Positions 1 through 16,500 of a DNA stretch of 64,000 bases are shown piece after piece. This DNA is from Eledone cirrhosa (lineage: Eukaryota): assembly GCA_964016885.1 (NCBI GenBank), contig OZ024743.1, forward strand, positions 331,514,001 to 331,578,000. Reading direction: 5' to 3'. The notes under the pieces were generated by a model. The model ran no database searches. It was not told the origin of the DNA and saw only the letters and a list, made by a program, of their open reading frames with translations. Numbering within the stretch: position 1 is the first letter of the stretch; each line of letters starts with the position of its first letter. The translations under genes were made by a program, and so were the position numbers.

Positions 1-659
1 CAATTTCTTATTGTAGCAATATGACTGAGATCGGAAATGTATTATATGTATGCTTCTTGGTACAAATGTTAAGTGCTACCGATAGGTGTGTGTGTGTAAA
101 TACACATGCTCTCCAGAATGTTATGAATGCTATAGACTGAAAAATGTAGTTTACCAATAAATCAAGGTATTTCAGTTAATTATCCATAGATATTGATTTA
201 TCATAGATATATGTCAAACTATTGATATGAATACAAAAATATGAATTACTAATCAATATATTGCATCATAGATCAAAGTGCTTGGATGTCTTTTACTATT
301 CCATTGTATTTCATGATATCTCAGTTTTGAAGAGTCACTGAGAACTGGTTCAATAGAGTTCTTGACATTCGGGTCAAAGTGTATATCGCCCTTGACACTA
401 CACTCTATACATAACAAAGATATTTGATACTCAATTATCTAACTCGCAATACTCTATGTAAATAGATACCATGAGCAAGTTTAAAATAAAGAAAAGTCTG
501 AAATCTATCTCATACCCGAAGGCCCATCAGGCTGGTGCTTATCCCAGTTTCCATGGCATTAAGCAACTGAGTGAACAAGAGAGTACCTTGGTCAGTATAT
601 GGACTTTTCAGTCAACCCTCGTATCTAATGATAGGTTATGTGTGATGATTGATATTTAG

Positions 660-915
660 ATAGTGTGTGCCCTCTCAGTTCAAATCCTGTTGGATTCAAT
701 TTTTGCCTTTCATCCATTTAAGATTGATAAAAAAAAAGTACCAATCTAGTACTGGGATTGGTTCCTCTGCTATATCTCTTTCTAATTTCGGTTCTCTCAC
801 TCTCTATCCTTCACTGGAGAGAAGGTGGGCTTTGTCAGGTTTATAAAGAATGCCCTAGATATACTGCATGTCAATATGGCGCCCCTACAACTCCATCAGG
901 AGTTATGGGTCCTTA
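660..915 (+). mobile_element. Degenerate SINE-like dispersed repeat; related inverted copy at about 52080-52530
   Basis: Contains agttcaaatcc (B-box-like) and ttgcctttcatcc...gataaaa...gtacca. Segment 850-912 matches the reverse complement of 52082-52146. Confidence 0.55.
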
Positions 916-1156
916 CAAAACAATTATTAGTGAACACTTGAAATTGCTACAACTCATCAAACTAGTTAATTCATATTAGGAAGTTAATAGGTGATGTTAG
1001 ATTTCATTTAAACCTTTATATTATTATAATCGAAGGGTATTGTTAGTATTTCCAGCTTTGTAAAATATTTATAATGAATTACTATATAGTTCAACAAAAT
1101 GGATAACTCAGTATGGATCTGAAACCAAGAAAGCTAGAAAATCAGTTGTTCACCAG

Positions 1157-1932
1157 TATTTGCTTTATATACATAGATGATATTTGCCTTATATACATAG
1201 AACACAGTATTATTAGCCTTGTGGTGACCCCTAGGGGTGAGAAGGAGAGTTAATGAGAGTTACGTCCCATGGAGGCTATAAATTGAGAAACTGAAAGTAC
1301 CCGCTCTCTTACAAAGCTCGCCGTCCAGGAGTTAAGATGTAATTTTACCTTCTCCCACTTTTCGTTTTTACCACACCATGTGGAGTGAACATATTAAGAG
1401 CAACTCTCTCTCAGGCGACTTCAACATGGGAACAGAAAACCAAATGGAGACTAACTTTCTCTCTCACCTCGTCGCCAATTCTACAACCAATTAAACATAT
1501 TCTATTATTAAAAAAGGTATGTTTTATTTCCAAGTTGTAACACGCACTCATAACAATAAAGATGAGACAATTATAGACACTCGTGTGAGATATTTCAGCA
1601 CGTTTCATTTAATTACTTTATTCCTAAATTGATGACCAAATAACGTAAACACTAAATAAAATCAACGATCATTCATCCACGTTAAAGTGGTGACGCAGCC
1701 GTTAAAGCCTTATATGCACGAACAAGATACCTTATATCCATAGAAGAAAGACATTATTTGACTTATATCCATAAAACAAGGTATTTGCCTTATATCCATA
1801 GAAAGCATTGTTTGCCTTATACCCATAAAATGTATTAAACTTATATTCATAGAACAGTATTATTAGCCATATACCGACAAAACAGGGAAGGTATTTGCCT
1901 TATATTGATATAAGAAAGGTATATTTGCCTTA
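1157..1932. repeat. Degenerate ~25-35 bp minisatellite (tatttgccttatatccatagaa), interrupted by the 1220-1706 insert
   Basis: Repeated (g/a)tatttgccttatat(a/c)cata(g/a) units at 1157-1219 and 1707-1932. Confidence 0.65.
1220..1706. mobile_element. Candidate solo LTR (Gypsy-like), 487 bp, with 4-bp target-site duplication GCCT
   Basis: GCCT at 1216-1219 and 1707-1710 splits one minisatellite unit. The insert starts TGTGGTGAC and ends GCCGTTAAA, one change from TG...CA termini. Confidence 0.45.
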
Positions 1933-1933
1933 C

Positions 1934-1996
1934 CTGCTGTTCACTATCCTTGGCTTTTTCATCTGCAGCAATTGCTCTTTCCTCCAAGGCTCTCAT
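1934..1996 (-). CDS. Internal 63-nt phase-0/phase-0 coding exon, coiled-coil peptide MRALEERAIAADEKAKDSEQQ; candidate PLEKHH1/2 (MAX-1)-like gene
   Basis: Minus strand reads ttgttttttttcttaattttacAG|ATG AGA GCC...GAA CAG CAG|GTAAGG, i.e. a polypyrimidine acceptor, a consensus donor and 21 open codons of non-repetitive heptad-like sequence. The identity rests only on my recollection of the human PLEKHH1/2 segments MQELEQRLLEAEQRAENAETQ / [21 protein letters not shown] and is unverified. Confidence 0.7.
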
Positions 1997-2111
1997 CTGT
2001 AAAATTAAGAAAAAAAACAATTCAAACAGCTGAGCTAGGAAATACTCAGTTCTTATATAAAATATGTTTATATAACACTCAGTTCTGACATAAAGTAAGG
2101 AAATACTTAAT

Positions 2112-2490
2112 TCTGATATAAAATAAGTTTACAGCCCATTCCACCCTGTAAAGTGGTTGTGCTGGTGACACAGCAAAAGCAGTCAGTCCACCCTGTAAGG
2201 TGGTTGTGCTGGTGACACAGCAAAAGCAGTCAGTCAACCCTGTAAGGTAGTTGAGCTGGTGATACAACAAACGGTACCCAGTTCACCCTAGTAATGAGGT
2301 CATTTTGGTGCCATGATAAAAAGCAACCAGTCCACATTATAAATGTGGTTGGTGTTAGGAAGGGCATCCAGCTGTAGAAACCAAGACAAAATACAGATCT
2401 GTATGAGCAAGACATGGTTTCCTGATCTGACTTGCATCATGTGACAATCCATCTAACCTATGCAAATGTGTAAAATGAACATTAAACAAT
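2112..2490 (+). mobile_element. SINE / RTE 3'-UTR-related fragment with internal ~38 bp sub-repeats
   Basis: Repeated ctgtaa(a/g)gtggttgtgctggtgac units, then the ggtgttaggaagggcatccagctgtagaaa motif and a tail like that of the RTE copies. Confidence 0.65.
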
Positions 2491-2914
2491 AATATAACAA
2501 ACACCTGAGCCAGGAAATATTTAATTCTAATATAAAATATATCTATATATAATAAACACATCTAGTTTTATTGTATTTGCCTATTGAGAGATGATCAATT
2601 GATTGGTCAGATTCTTGTTATAAAGAGTGAAGCCAGTTGCATCAATGAACTCCAGGAACCATGATCCCCTCTTCATTTCACATACTGTATCCATAGCCCC
2701 CTTCCCTTATACTTCAGATCAGCATCCTGGTACTGCCCAAAATGCTACCCCATACTGATTATGGGATATTTTTTGTTCTTTCTAGTACCCACCCCTTTAC
2801 TTGCCTCTTAAGACATAGAGATATGCTGTACCAATATTCCTCTGTTTTAGTTAGACAGAAATCTCCAAACAATAATCAATAATCTCATTTTACATTCATT
2901 GAAAAAAATTATAA

Positions 2915-3056
2915 TAATTTTCTCTCTGTTAACCATCACAGGGAAACTCTTTGCAAAGATTATGCTGAACCAAATCTGGTCAACTGTTGAGAAATTCCTT
3001 CCAGAAGTTCAGTGCAGGTTCAGGGGAAACTGGTCTGCCAACAATATGATATTTCC
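2915..3056 (+). pseudogene. RTE (BovB-like) reverse transcriptase fragment
   Basis: SLLTITGKLFAKIMLNQI...EKFLPEVQCRFRGNWSANNMIF matches the RTE pattern ISLLS.AGK..A.I...R......LPE.Q.GFR..R.T.DMIF. Confidence 0.6.
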
Positions 3057-3299
3057 CATATCTATTATTTATCTAATCAATTTAAACGTTAGTAAGCGGT
3101 GACAAACTAGGGGAAGTATCGAGTATTCCTTTCAGTTGGTAATCAAAAAGAGGTAGGGAGACAAGTAATAAAAAATAATAAAAACGGGGGGAAAAAATTC
3201 AAAATATTGAAGGCCAATGGGAGGCAGATTATGGATAAGAAAATTAAAAAGGAAAAGAAAATAGGAAACAACGGAAGCTGTAAAACAAGTTTCTGTTGT

Positions 3300-3575
3300 T
3301 GAATATTTTTGTAATTTCCATATACTCAAAGATTTTGTTATATTTGGTAGACCTGTAATCACATATTGTACTTCCAATCTTGGTAGTTTTTTAAAGATTA
3401 GTTTCAATATGGCCTCTCTCTCAGACTGATAATTTCTACATTGGAACAAATAGTGCCAAAGACTTTCTGGAAAGCTATCACAAGAACTTAGAGATGAATC
3501 ACTACGATCTGTTCTTGATAGAATGTAGTTCAAAGGTACATGTCCAGGTTGAAGCCAGCATAGTCTTGAGAAGTG
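3300..3575 (-). pseudogene. C-terminal zinc-knuckle fragment of an APE-type non-LTR retrotransposon
   Basis: LQPGHVPLNYILSRTDRSDSSLSSCDSFPESLWHYLFQCRNYQSEREAIL fits the GH..LN..L.R....DS..C.C....E...HYL..C..Y...R pattern. Confidence 0.55.
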
Positions 3576-4364
3576 CCGTGAACAACACCAAGATCTGCAC
3601 ATCATGGTGGACCTGGTAAAACCAGTTGACACATTAGTAAACAGGAACATCATATGACATCTACTACTCAATATTGGAACCCCCCCCACCCCCAAGTTAA
3701 TCAATATCATCAAAATCTTCCATGATGGCATACACGCCAGAGTTTCCATCAACAGTGAGCTCATAAACGAATTTGAAGTGTCAACTGTTCTTTGCCAGGG
3801 TTGCATTCTTGCAACAATACTGTTTGTGTTATTTTTCACTTTTGTTTTACGTCATGCCATGCACAGAAAACCAGTATTCTTCTGTTTTAAGTAATCAGCT
3901 ATCTCCAATCAATTCCATTTAACATTTAATGAACTTAATTACAATAATTTTCTTTCATATTTTCTTTAAACCATTATCAAACACTAATTTTAAACATTTT
4001 CTTTTACAAATAATAAAACATTCTGAATTTACAGATACAAAGTTTCTGCAAATACGTGGGAAAGAGATAACGTAATCCCCATACATGTTACGATGTTTCC
4101 TTCTTTAGTTTTTTTTATGTATGTTGTTGTTTCATACTCTTTTACTAATAACCCATGCTAGCGTGGAAGATGGACGTGAAATGAAGAAGATGATGATGAT
4201 GAATAAATCATTCAGAATTTACACATACAGATCAATCAGGTACCAGTTATTTTCTTTTGTTTTGTTTGGCAATTCATGTCTACCTAAAACAAAAGAATGT
4301 TTGGTGTATATATTCTAACTGGATGTACACAGATAGTTTAAAGTCTAAAGCCCCTCTCAAGACC

Positions 4365-4596
4365 AGAGGCTGGTGCTTATCCCAGTTTCCTTGGCATTAA
4401 GTGACTGAGAGTACAGGACAGCCTTCTGGACAGGACACAAGTCTATCACAGGCTTTAACTCCTAGCTACTGCTGGCAGTATACTGAAGCAATGTGAAATG
4501 AAGCATGTTGTACAAGAACACAACACACAACCCAGTCCAGGAATCGAACCTATGACATTATGATCATAAGTCCAACACCTTTACCACCAAGCCATG
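4365..4596 (-). mobile_element. tRNA-derived SINE
   Basis: Minus strand has A box TGGCTTGGTGG and B box GGTTCGATTCC (4540-4550). The body (gctggtgcttatcccagtttcc.tggcattaag) recurs at about 525-580. Confidence 0.7.
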
Positions 4597-4854
4597 TATC
4601 TCCACTTGTCCTATAACAAAAAATTTCTAATTTAGGCACAAGGCCAATAACTTGGGAGAGGGGAAAGTCGACTAAATTGACCCCAGTATTTGACTAGTAC
4701 TTTATTTTATGCTCCCTGAGAGGAATCACAGATAGGGTGATGTTATCACATCTGGTGTAACTATTCTAACTAGATATACACAGGTAGTATGGGATTATAA
4801 AGGTGATTGATGTCTACTTAACTGGTGTACCTATTCTAACCGGTTACAAACAGA

Positions 4855-5110
4855 AATCCATGCTCTGCTGCATTTTGGGCCGAGGAGGGTAAACTCTCCA
4901 AATATTGGTTGCTCTCCAACAGGTTTGTGGTCGAGCTCATAGCAGTGGAGACTTCTGGTGTCCTTTGCCTTAGGACCAACTCCCTACTCACCACCATTGG
5001 CATGGAGTTGGCTACCCAAGGGTGTAAGGCTTGCCATCTAAAATGGCTCTTTCAACCCATCTCCCTCCCCATCCTCCAAGGAAAGGCCTTCTCTATTGTC
5101 TGCTGGGACT
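4855..5110 (+). pseudogene. Degenerate CRE-clade REL-endonuclease C-terminal fragment (paralogue of 37285-37760)
   Basis: SNRFVVELIAVETSGVL...IGMELA...WLFQPISLPILQGKAFS aligns by eye with SNRFAVVPLALETSGVLG...IGVELA...WLLQRVSLAILRRNAFS. Confidence 0.6.
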
Positions 5111-5833
5111 GCAGGGCAGCCAGCGTGGGGGCCCCAATTATAATAGTGGGAGATGGGGTGAGTGAGTGCGATGGAGGCAGTGACAATGGGAATTTGATTC
5201 CATTATGTTCAGACCTAATATATATACCACAGACAGAGTGAAGCTATAATGCCTGATATAACTCTTCTAACTAGATATACACAGAGTGGGGTTGGTGATT
5301 GCTGTCTACTTAAAACAAAAGAATGCCTGCTGTAATAATTCTAACTGGTGTACCTATTCTAACAGGTTACACACAGATAGAGTGAGGTTCTTTGGGGTCA
5401 GATTTCTGCTGGCCTATACTGAAACCCTTTCCATGCCATTACCTTAACTAGAAGTTAAGTAAAGAAGAGATGTCTGTCAACAGATATATAAGATGATAGA
5501 AGGAAGGATTTGGTGGATGAAATGAGGTGAAGAGATAGTGACATAAGTAAATGACTGATGAGATAAGAGGGGGAGGCTGAGAAGTAGATAAACAGCTAGA
5601 AGCAATCATAAATAGATAGGATGAAGGAGAGGTGGTGGAATATATTGGCATGTGTGAGTGTGCTTGTGTTAATGTGTTTATCTGTTTGTGCTTTTATTAG
5701 TGTGTGTGTGTGTTTGATAAGTCAGTTCACAAATTGATAACTGGGTGGCTGGATATAGATAGAGAGGGAGGAGAGGAAACTAAATTATATGTGGGCACAC
5801 ACATATATGTATGTGTATATATATGGAGAGAGA

Positions 5834-5956
<123 letters not shown>

Positions 5957-6030
5957 TAGAAAGAAGTAAAATAAGAAAAGATATGAGAGAGAGAGAAAGA
6001 ATTAGCATATGTTACAATATATACACATGG

Positions 6031-6545
6031 ACACACACATACATACACCATCATACACCTACATATTAACACAATAACACACATACATACACCATCATAC
6101 ACCTACATATTAACACAACAACACACATACATACACCATCATAAACCTACATATTAACACAACAATACACATACATACACCATCATACACCTACATATTA
6201 ACACAATAACACACATACATACACCATCATACACCTACATATTAACACAACAACACACATACATACACCATCATACACCTACATATTAACACAACAACAC
6301 ACATACATACACCATCATAAACCTACATATTAACACAATAACACACATACATACACCATCATACACCTACATATTAACACAATAACACACATACATACAC
6401 CATCATACACCTACATATTAACACGACAACACACATACATACACCATCATACACCTACATATTAACACAACAACACACATACATACACCATCATACACCT
6501 ACATATTAACACAATAACACACATACATACACCATCACATACTTA
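6031..6545. repeat. 44-bp tandem repeat, about 11 copies
   Basis: Unit accatcatacacctacatattaacacaataacacacatacatac; copies start at 6047, 6091 and onward. Confidence 0.9.
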
Positions 6546-6859
6546 CATATTCACACATTCACACACCATCATACACCTACATACTAACACAAGAACACAC
6601 ACACCTACAAACTAACACAATAACACACACACTATCATACACTTACATACTAATAAAAGAAGACACACCTACATACTAACAAAAGAACACACACACACAT
6701 ACACTATCATACACTTACATACTAACACATGAACACACACACATACACCATCATACACTTACATACTAACACATGAACACACACCCATACACCTACATAC
6801 TAACACAAGAACACATATATATACCATATAACCACATACTAGCACAAGAGTACATACAC

Positions 6860-7550
6860 ACACACCATCACATACCTACGTATTAACAAAGACACACACA
6901 CACCAACATGCTAAGACTGACACACACATACACACACGCCATCACATACCTACATATTAACACAGACACACACACACCAACATGTTAAGACTGACACACA
7001 TACACACACACCATCACATACCTACATATTAACACAGACACATACACACCAACATGCTAAGACTGACACACACATACACACACACCATCACATACCTACA
7101 TATTAACAAAGACACACACACACCAACATGCTAAGACTGACACACATACACACACATCATCACATACCTACATATTAACACAGACACATACACACCAACA
7201 TGCTAAGACTGACACACACACACACACACCATCACATACCTACATATTAACACAGACACATACACACCAACATGCTAAGACTGACACACACATACATACA
7301 CACCATCACATACCTACATATTAACACAGACACATACACACCAACATGCTAAGACTGACACACACATACACACACACCATCACATACCTACATATTAAAA
7401 CAGACACATACACACCAACATGCTAAGACTGACACACACAGACACACACACACCAACATGCTAAGACAGAGAAACACATACACACACACCATCACATACC
7501 TACATATTAACACAGACACACACACACCAACATGCTAAGACTGACACACA
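6860..7550. repeat. 72-74 bp tandem repeat (dimer of two ~36 bp subunits)
   Basis: g(c/t)taagactgac recurs at 6910, 6984, 7056, 7130, 7202 and onward. Confidence 0.85.
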
Positions 7551-7599
7551 CGTTAGCATACACCAACATATTACACACAAAAACATTTACACACATGTA

Positions 7600-10500
7600 C
7601 ACATTGATATACTAACACACACACACACACACATCACACACTGACACACTAACATACAGACACACACACATCACACATTGACATACTAACATACAGACAC
7701 ACACACACACATCACACACTGACATACAGACACACACACATCACACACTGATATACTAACACAGACACACACACACCACATTGATATACTAACACACACA
7801 CACATCAGCACACACTGATATACTAACATACAGACACACACACACATACACGCTGACATAATAACACAGACACACACATCATCATCACACACTCTGACAT
7901 ATGAACACACAGACACAAACACACACACATCACACACTGACATATGAACACATACTAACACAGACACACACACATCACACACTGACATACAGACACACAC
8001 ACATCACACATTGACATACTAACATACAGACACACACACACCACATTGACATACTAACATACAGACACACACACATCACACATTGACATACAGACACAGA
8101 CACATCACACACTGACATACAGACACACACACATCACACATTGATATACTAACACAGACACACACACATCACACATTGACATACTTACATACAGACACAC
8201 ACACATCATACCTTGACATACTAACACAGACACACACATCACATATTGACATACTAACATACAGACACACACACATCACACATTGACATACTAACATACA
8301 GACACACACACATCACAAATTGATATACAGACACACACACATCACACATTGACATACTAACATACAGACACACACACATCACACATTGACATACTAACAT
8401 ACAGACACACACACATCACACATTGACATACTAACATACAGACACACACACATCACACATTGACATACTAACATACAGACACACACACACCACATTGACA
8501 TACTAACATACAGACACACACACATCACACATTGATATACTAACATACAGACACACACACATCACACATTGACTTACTAACATACAGACACACGCACACC
8601 ACATTGACATACTAACATACAGACACACACACATCACACATTGACATACTAACACACAGACACACACACATCACACATTGACATACTAACATACAGACAC
8701 ACACACATCACACATTGACATACTAACATTCAGACACACACACACCACATTGACATACTAACATACAGACACACACACATCACACATTGATATACTAACA
8801 TACAGACACACACACATCACACATTGACATACTAACATACAGACACACACACATCACACATTGACATACTAACACAGACACACACACACATCACACATTG
8901 ACATACTAACACAGACACACACACATCACACATTGATATACTAACACAGACACACACACATCACACATTGACATACTAACATACAGATACACACACATCA
9001 CACATTGACATACTAACATACAGACACACACACACCACATTGACATACTAACATACAGACACACACACATCACACATTGACATACAGACACACACACATC
9101 ACACACTGACATACAGACACACACACATCACACATTGATATACTAACACAGACACACACACATCACACATTGACATACTTACATACAGACACACACACAT
9201 CATACCTTGACATACTAACACAGACACATACATCACATATTGACATACTAACATACAGACACACACACATCACACATTGACATACTAACATACAGACACA
9301 CACACATCACAAATTGATATACAGACACACACACATCACACACATCACACATTGACATACTAACATACAGACACACACACATCACACATTGACATACTAA
9401 CATACAGACACACACACATCACACATTGACATACTAACATACAGACACACACACACCACATTGACATACTAACATACAGACACACACACATCACACATTG
9501 ATATACTAACATACAGACACACACACATCACACATTGACATACTAACATACAGAGACACACAAACCACATTGACATACTAACATACAGACACACACACAT
9601 CACACATTGACATACTAACATACAGACACACACACATCACACATTGACATACTAACATACAGACACACACACATCACACATTGATATACAGACACACACA
9701 CATCACACACATCACACATTGACATACTAACATACAGACACACACACATCACACATTGACATACTAACATACAGACACACACACATCACACATTGACATA
9801 CTAACATACAGACACACACACATCACACATTGACATACTAACATACAGACACACACACACCACATTGACATACTAACATACAGACACACACACATCACAC
9901 ATTGATATACTAACATACAGACACACACACATCACACATTGACATACTAACATACAGACACACGCACACCACATTGACATACTAACATACAGACACACAC
10001 ACATCACACATTGACATACTAACACACAGACACACACACATCACACATTGACATACTAACATACAGACACACACACATCACACATTGACATACTAACATT
10101 CAAACACACACACACCACATTGACATACTAACATACAGACACACACACATCACACATTGATATACTAACATACAGACACACACACATCACACATTGACAT
10201 ACTAACATACAGACACACACACATCACACATTGACATACTAACACAGACACACACACACATCACACATTGACATACTAACACAGACACACACACATCACA
10301 CATTGATATACTAACACAGACACACACACATCACACATTGACATACTAACATACAGACACACACACATCACACATTGATATACTAACATACAGACACACA
10401 CACATCACACATTGACATACTAACATACAGACACACGCACACCACATTGACATACTAACATACAGACACACACACATCACACATTGACATACTAACACAC

Positions 10501-13500
10501 AGACACACACACATCACACATTGACATACTAACATACAGACACACACACATCACACATTGACATACTAACATTCAAACACACACACATCACATTGACATA
10601 CTAACATACAGACACACACACATCACACATTGATATACTAACATACAGACACACACACATCACACATTGACATACTAACATACAGACACACACACATCAC
10701 ACATTGACATACTAACACAGACACACACACACATCACACATTGACATACTAACACAGACACACACACATCACACATTGATATACTAACACAGACATACAC
10801 ACATCACACATTGACATACTAACATACAGACACACACACATCACACATTGACATACTAACACAGACACACACACATCACACATTGACATACTAACACAGA
10901 CACACACACATCACACATTGACATACTAACACAGACACACACACATCACACATTGACATACTAACACAGACACACACACATCACACATTAACATACTAAC
11001 ACAGACACACACACATCACACATTGACGTACTAACACAGACACACACACATCACACATTGACATACTAACATACAGACACACACAGATCACACATTGACA
11101 TACTAACACAGACACACACACATCACACATTGACATACTAACATACAGACACACACACATCACACATTGACATACTAACATACAGACACACACACATCAC
11201 ACATTGACATACTAACATACAGACACACACACATCACACATTGACATACTAACACAGACACACACATCACACACTAATATACTAACACAGACACATACAC
11301 ATCACACATTGACATACTAACACAGACACATCACACATTGACATACTTACATACAGACACACACACATCACACATTGACATACTAACACAGACACACACA
11401 CATCACACATTGACATACTAACACAGACACACACACATCACACATTGACATACTAACATACAGACACACACCCATCACACATTGACATACTAACACAGAC
11501 ACACACACATCACACATTGACATACTAACATACAGACACACACACATCACACACTGATATACTAACATACAGACACACACACATCACACATTGACATACT
11601 AACACAGACACACACCCATCACACATTGACATACTAACACAGACACACACACATCACACATTGACATACTAACATACAGACACACACACATCACACACTG
11701 ATATACTAACACAGACACACACACATCACACATTGACATACTAACATACAGACACACACACATCACACATTGACATACTAACATACAGACACACACACAT
11801 CACACATTGACATACTAACACAGACAGACACACATCACACATTGATATACTAACATACAGACACACACACATCACACATTGACATACTAACACAGACACA
11901 CACACATCACACATTGACATACTAACATACAGACACACACACATCACACATTGACATACTAACACAGACACACACACATCACACATTGACATACTAACAC
12001 AGACACACAAACATCACACATTGACATACTAACACAGACACACACACATCACACATTGATATACAGACACACACACATCACACATTGACATACTAACACA
12101 GACACACACATCACACATTGATATACAGACACACACACATCACACATTGATATACTAACACAGACACACACACATCACACATTGACATACTAACATACAG
12201 ACACACACACATCACACACTGATATACTAACATACAGACACACACACATCACACATTGACATACTAACACAGACACACACCCATCACACATTGACATACT
12301 AACACAGACACACACACATCACACATTGACATACTAACATACAGACACACACACATCACACACTGATATACTAACACAGACACACACACATCACACATTG
12401 ACATACTAACATACAGACACACACACATCACACATTGACATACTAACATACAGACACACACACATCACACATTGACATACTAACACAGACACACACACAT
12501 CACACATTGATATACTAACATACAGACACACACACATCACACATTGACATACTAACACAGACACACACACATCACACATTGACATACTAACATACAGACA
12601 CACACACATCACACATTGACATACTAACACAGACACACACACATCACACATTGACATACTAACATACAGACACACACACATCACACATTGACATACTAAC
12701 ACAGACACACAAACATCACACATTGACATACTAACACAGACACACACACACATCACACATTGATATACAGACACACACACATCACACATTGACATACTAA
12801 CACAGACACACACACATCACACATTGATATACACACACACACACATCACACATTGATATACTAACACAGACACACACACATCACACATTGACATACTAAC
12901 ACAGACACACACACATCACACATTGACATACTAACACAGACACACACACATCACACATTGACATACTAACACAGACACACACACATCACACATTGACATA
13001 CTAACATACAGACACACACACATCACACATTGATATACTAACACAGACACACACACATCACACATTGACATACTAACATACAGACACAGACACACACATC
13101 ACACATTGACATACTAACATACAGACACACACACATCACACATTGACATACTAACACAGACACACACACATCACACACTGATATACTAACACAGACACAC
13201 ACACATCACACATTGACATACTAACATACAGACACACACACATCACACATTGACATACTAACATACAGACACACACACATCACACATCACATACTAACAT
13301 ACAGACACACACACATCACATATTGATATACTAACACAGACACACACACATCACACACTGATATACTAACACAGACACACACACATCACACATTGACATA
13401 CTAACACAGACACACACACATCACACATTGACATACTAACATACAGACACACACACATCACACATTGATATACTAACATACAGACACACACACATCACAC

Positions 13501-16500
13501 ATTGACATACTAACATACAGACACACACACATCACACATTGACATACTAACATACAGACACACACACATCACACACTGATATACTAACACAGACACACAC
13601 ACATCACACATTGACATACTAACATACAGACACACACACATCACGCATTGACATACTAACACGGACACACACACATCACACATTGACATACAGACACACA
13701 CACATCACACACTAACATACAGACACACACACATCACACATTGACATACTAACACGGACACACACACATCACACATTGACATACTAACATACAGACACAC
13801 ACACATCACACATTGATATACTAACATACAGACACACACACATCACACATTGATATACTAACATACAGACACACACACATCACACATTGATATACTAACA
13901 TACAGACACACACACATCACACATTGACATACTAACATACAGACACACACACATCACACATTGACATACTAACACAGACACAGACACATCACACATTGAC
14001 ACACTAACATACAGACACACACACATCACACACTGATATACTAACACAGACACATACACATCACACATTGACATACTAACACAGACACATCACACATTGA
14101 CATACTTACATACAGACACACACACATCACACATTGACATACTAACACAGACACACACACATCACACATTGACATACTAACACAGACACACACACATCAC
14201 ACATTGACATACTAACATACAGACACACACCCATCACACATTGACATACTAACACAGACACACACACATCACACATTGACATACTAACATACAGACACAC
14301 ACACATCACACACTGATATACTAACATACAGACACACACACATCACACATTGACATACTAACACAGACACACACCCATCACACATTGACATACTAACACA
14401 GACACACACACATCACACATTGACATACTAACATACAGACACACACACATCACACACTGATATACTAACACAGACACACACACATCACACATTGACATAC
14501 TAACATACAGACACACACACATCACACATTGACATACTAACATACAGACACACACACATCACACATTGACATACTAACACAGACACACACACATCACACA
14601 TTGATATACTAACATACAGACACACACACATCACACATTGACATACTAACACAGACACACACACATCACACATTGACATACTAACATACAGACACACACA
14701 CATCACACATTGACATACTAACACAGACACACACACATCACACATTGACATACTAACACAGACACACAAACATCACACATTGACATACTAACACAGACAC
14801 ACACACATCACACATTGATATACAGACACACACACATCACACATTGACATACTAACACAGACACACACATCACACATTGATATACAGACACACACACATC
14901 ACACATTGATATACTAACACAGACACACACACATCACACATTGACATACTAACATACAGACACACACACATCACACACTGATATACTAACATACAGACAC
15001 ACACACATCACACATTGACATACTAACACAGACACACACCCATCACACATTGACATACTAACACAGACACACACACATCACACATTGACATACTAACATA
15101 CAGACACACACACATCACACACTGATATACTAACACAGACACACACACATCACACATTGACATACTAACACAGACACATCACACATTGACATACTTACAT
15201 ACAGACACACACACATCACACATTGACATACTAACACAGACACACACACATCACACATTGACATACTAACACAGACACACACACATCACACATTGACATA
15301 CTAACATACAGACACACACCCATCACACATTGACATACTAACACAGACACACACACATCACACATTGACATACTAACATACAGACACACACACATCACAC
15401 ACTGATATACTAACATACAGACACACACACATCACACATTGACATACTAACACAGACACACACCCATCACACATTGACATACTAACACAGACACACACAC
15501 ATCACACATTGACATACTAACATACAGACACACACACATCACACACTGATATACTAACACAGACACACACACATCACACATTGACATACTAACATACAGA
15601 CACACACACATCACACATTGACATACTAACATACAGACACACACACATCACACATTGACATACTAACACAGACACACACACATCACACATTGATATACTA
15701 ACATACAGACACACACACATCACACATTGACATACTAACACAGACACACACACATCACACATTGACATACTAACATACAGACACAACACACATCACACAT
15801 TGACATACTAACACAGACACACACACATCACACATTGACATACTAACACAGACACACAAACATCACACATTGACATACTAACACAGACACACACACATCA
15901 CACATTGATATACAGACACACACACATCACACATTGACATACTAACACAGACACACACATCACACATTGATATACAGACACACACACATCACACATTGAT
16001 ATACTAACACAGACACACACACATCACACATTGACATACTAACATACAGACACACACACATCACACACTGATATACTAACATACAGACACACACACATCA
16101 CACATTGACATACTAACACAGACACACACCCATCACACATTGACATACTAACACAGACACACACACATCACACATTGACATACTAACATACAGACACACA
16201 CACATCACACACTGATATACTAACACAGACACACACACATCACACATTGACATACTAACATACAGACACACACACATCACACATTGACATACTAACATAC
16301 AGACACACACACATCACACATTGACATACTAACACAGACACACACGCATCACACATTGATATACTAACATACAGACACACACACATCACACATTGACATA
16401 CTAACACAGACACACACACATCACACATTGACATACTAACATACAGACACACACACATCACACATTGACATACTAACACAGACACACACACATCACACAT

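Noticed and set aside
2620-2725. Possible RTE endonuclease remnant on the minus strand (GGYGY..NEEG...LEF.DA)
   Set aside because: Too short and degenerate to list as a feature with confidence.
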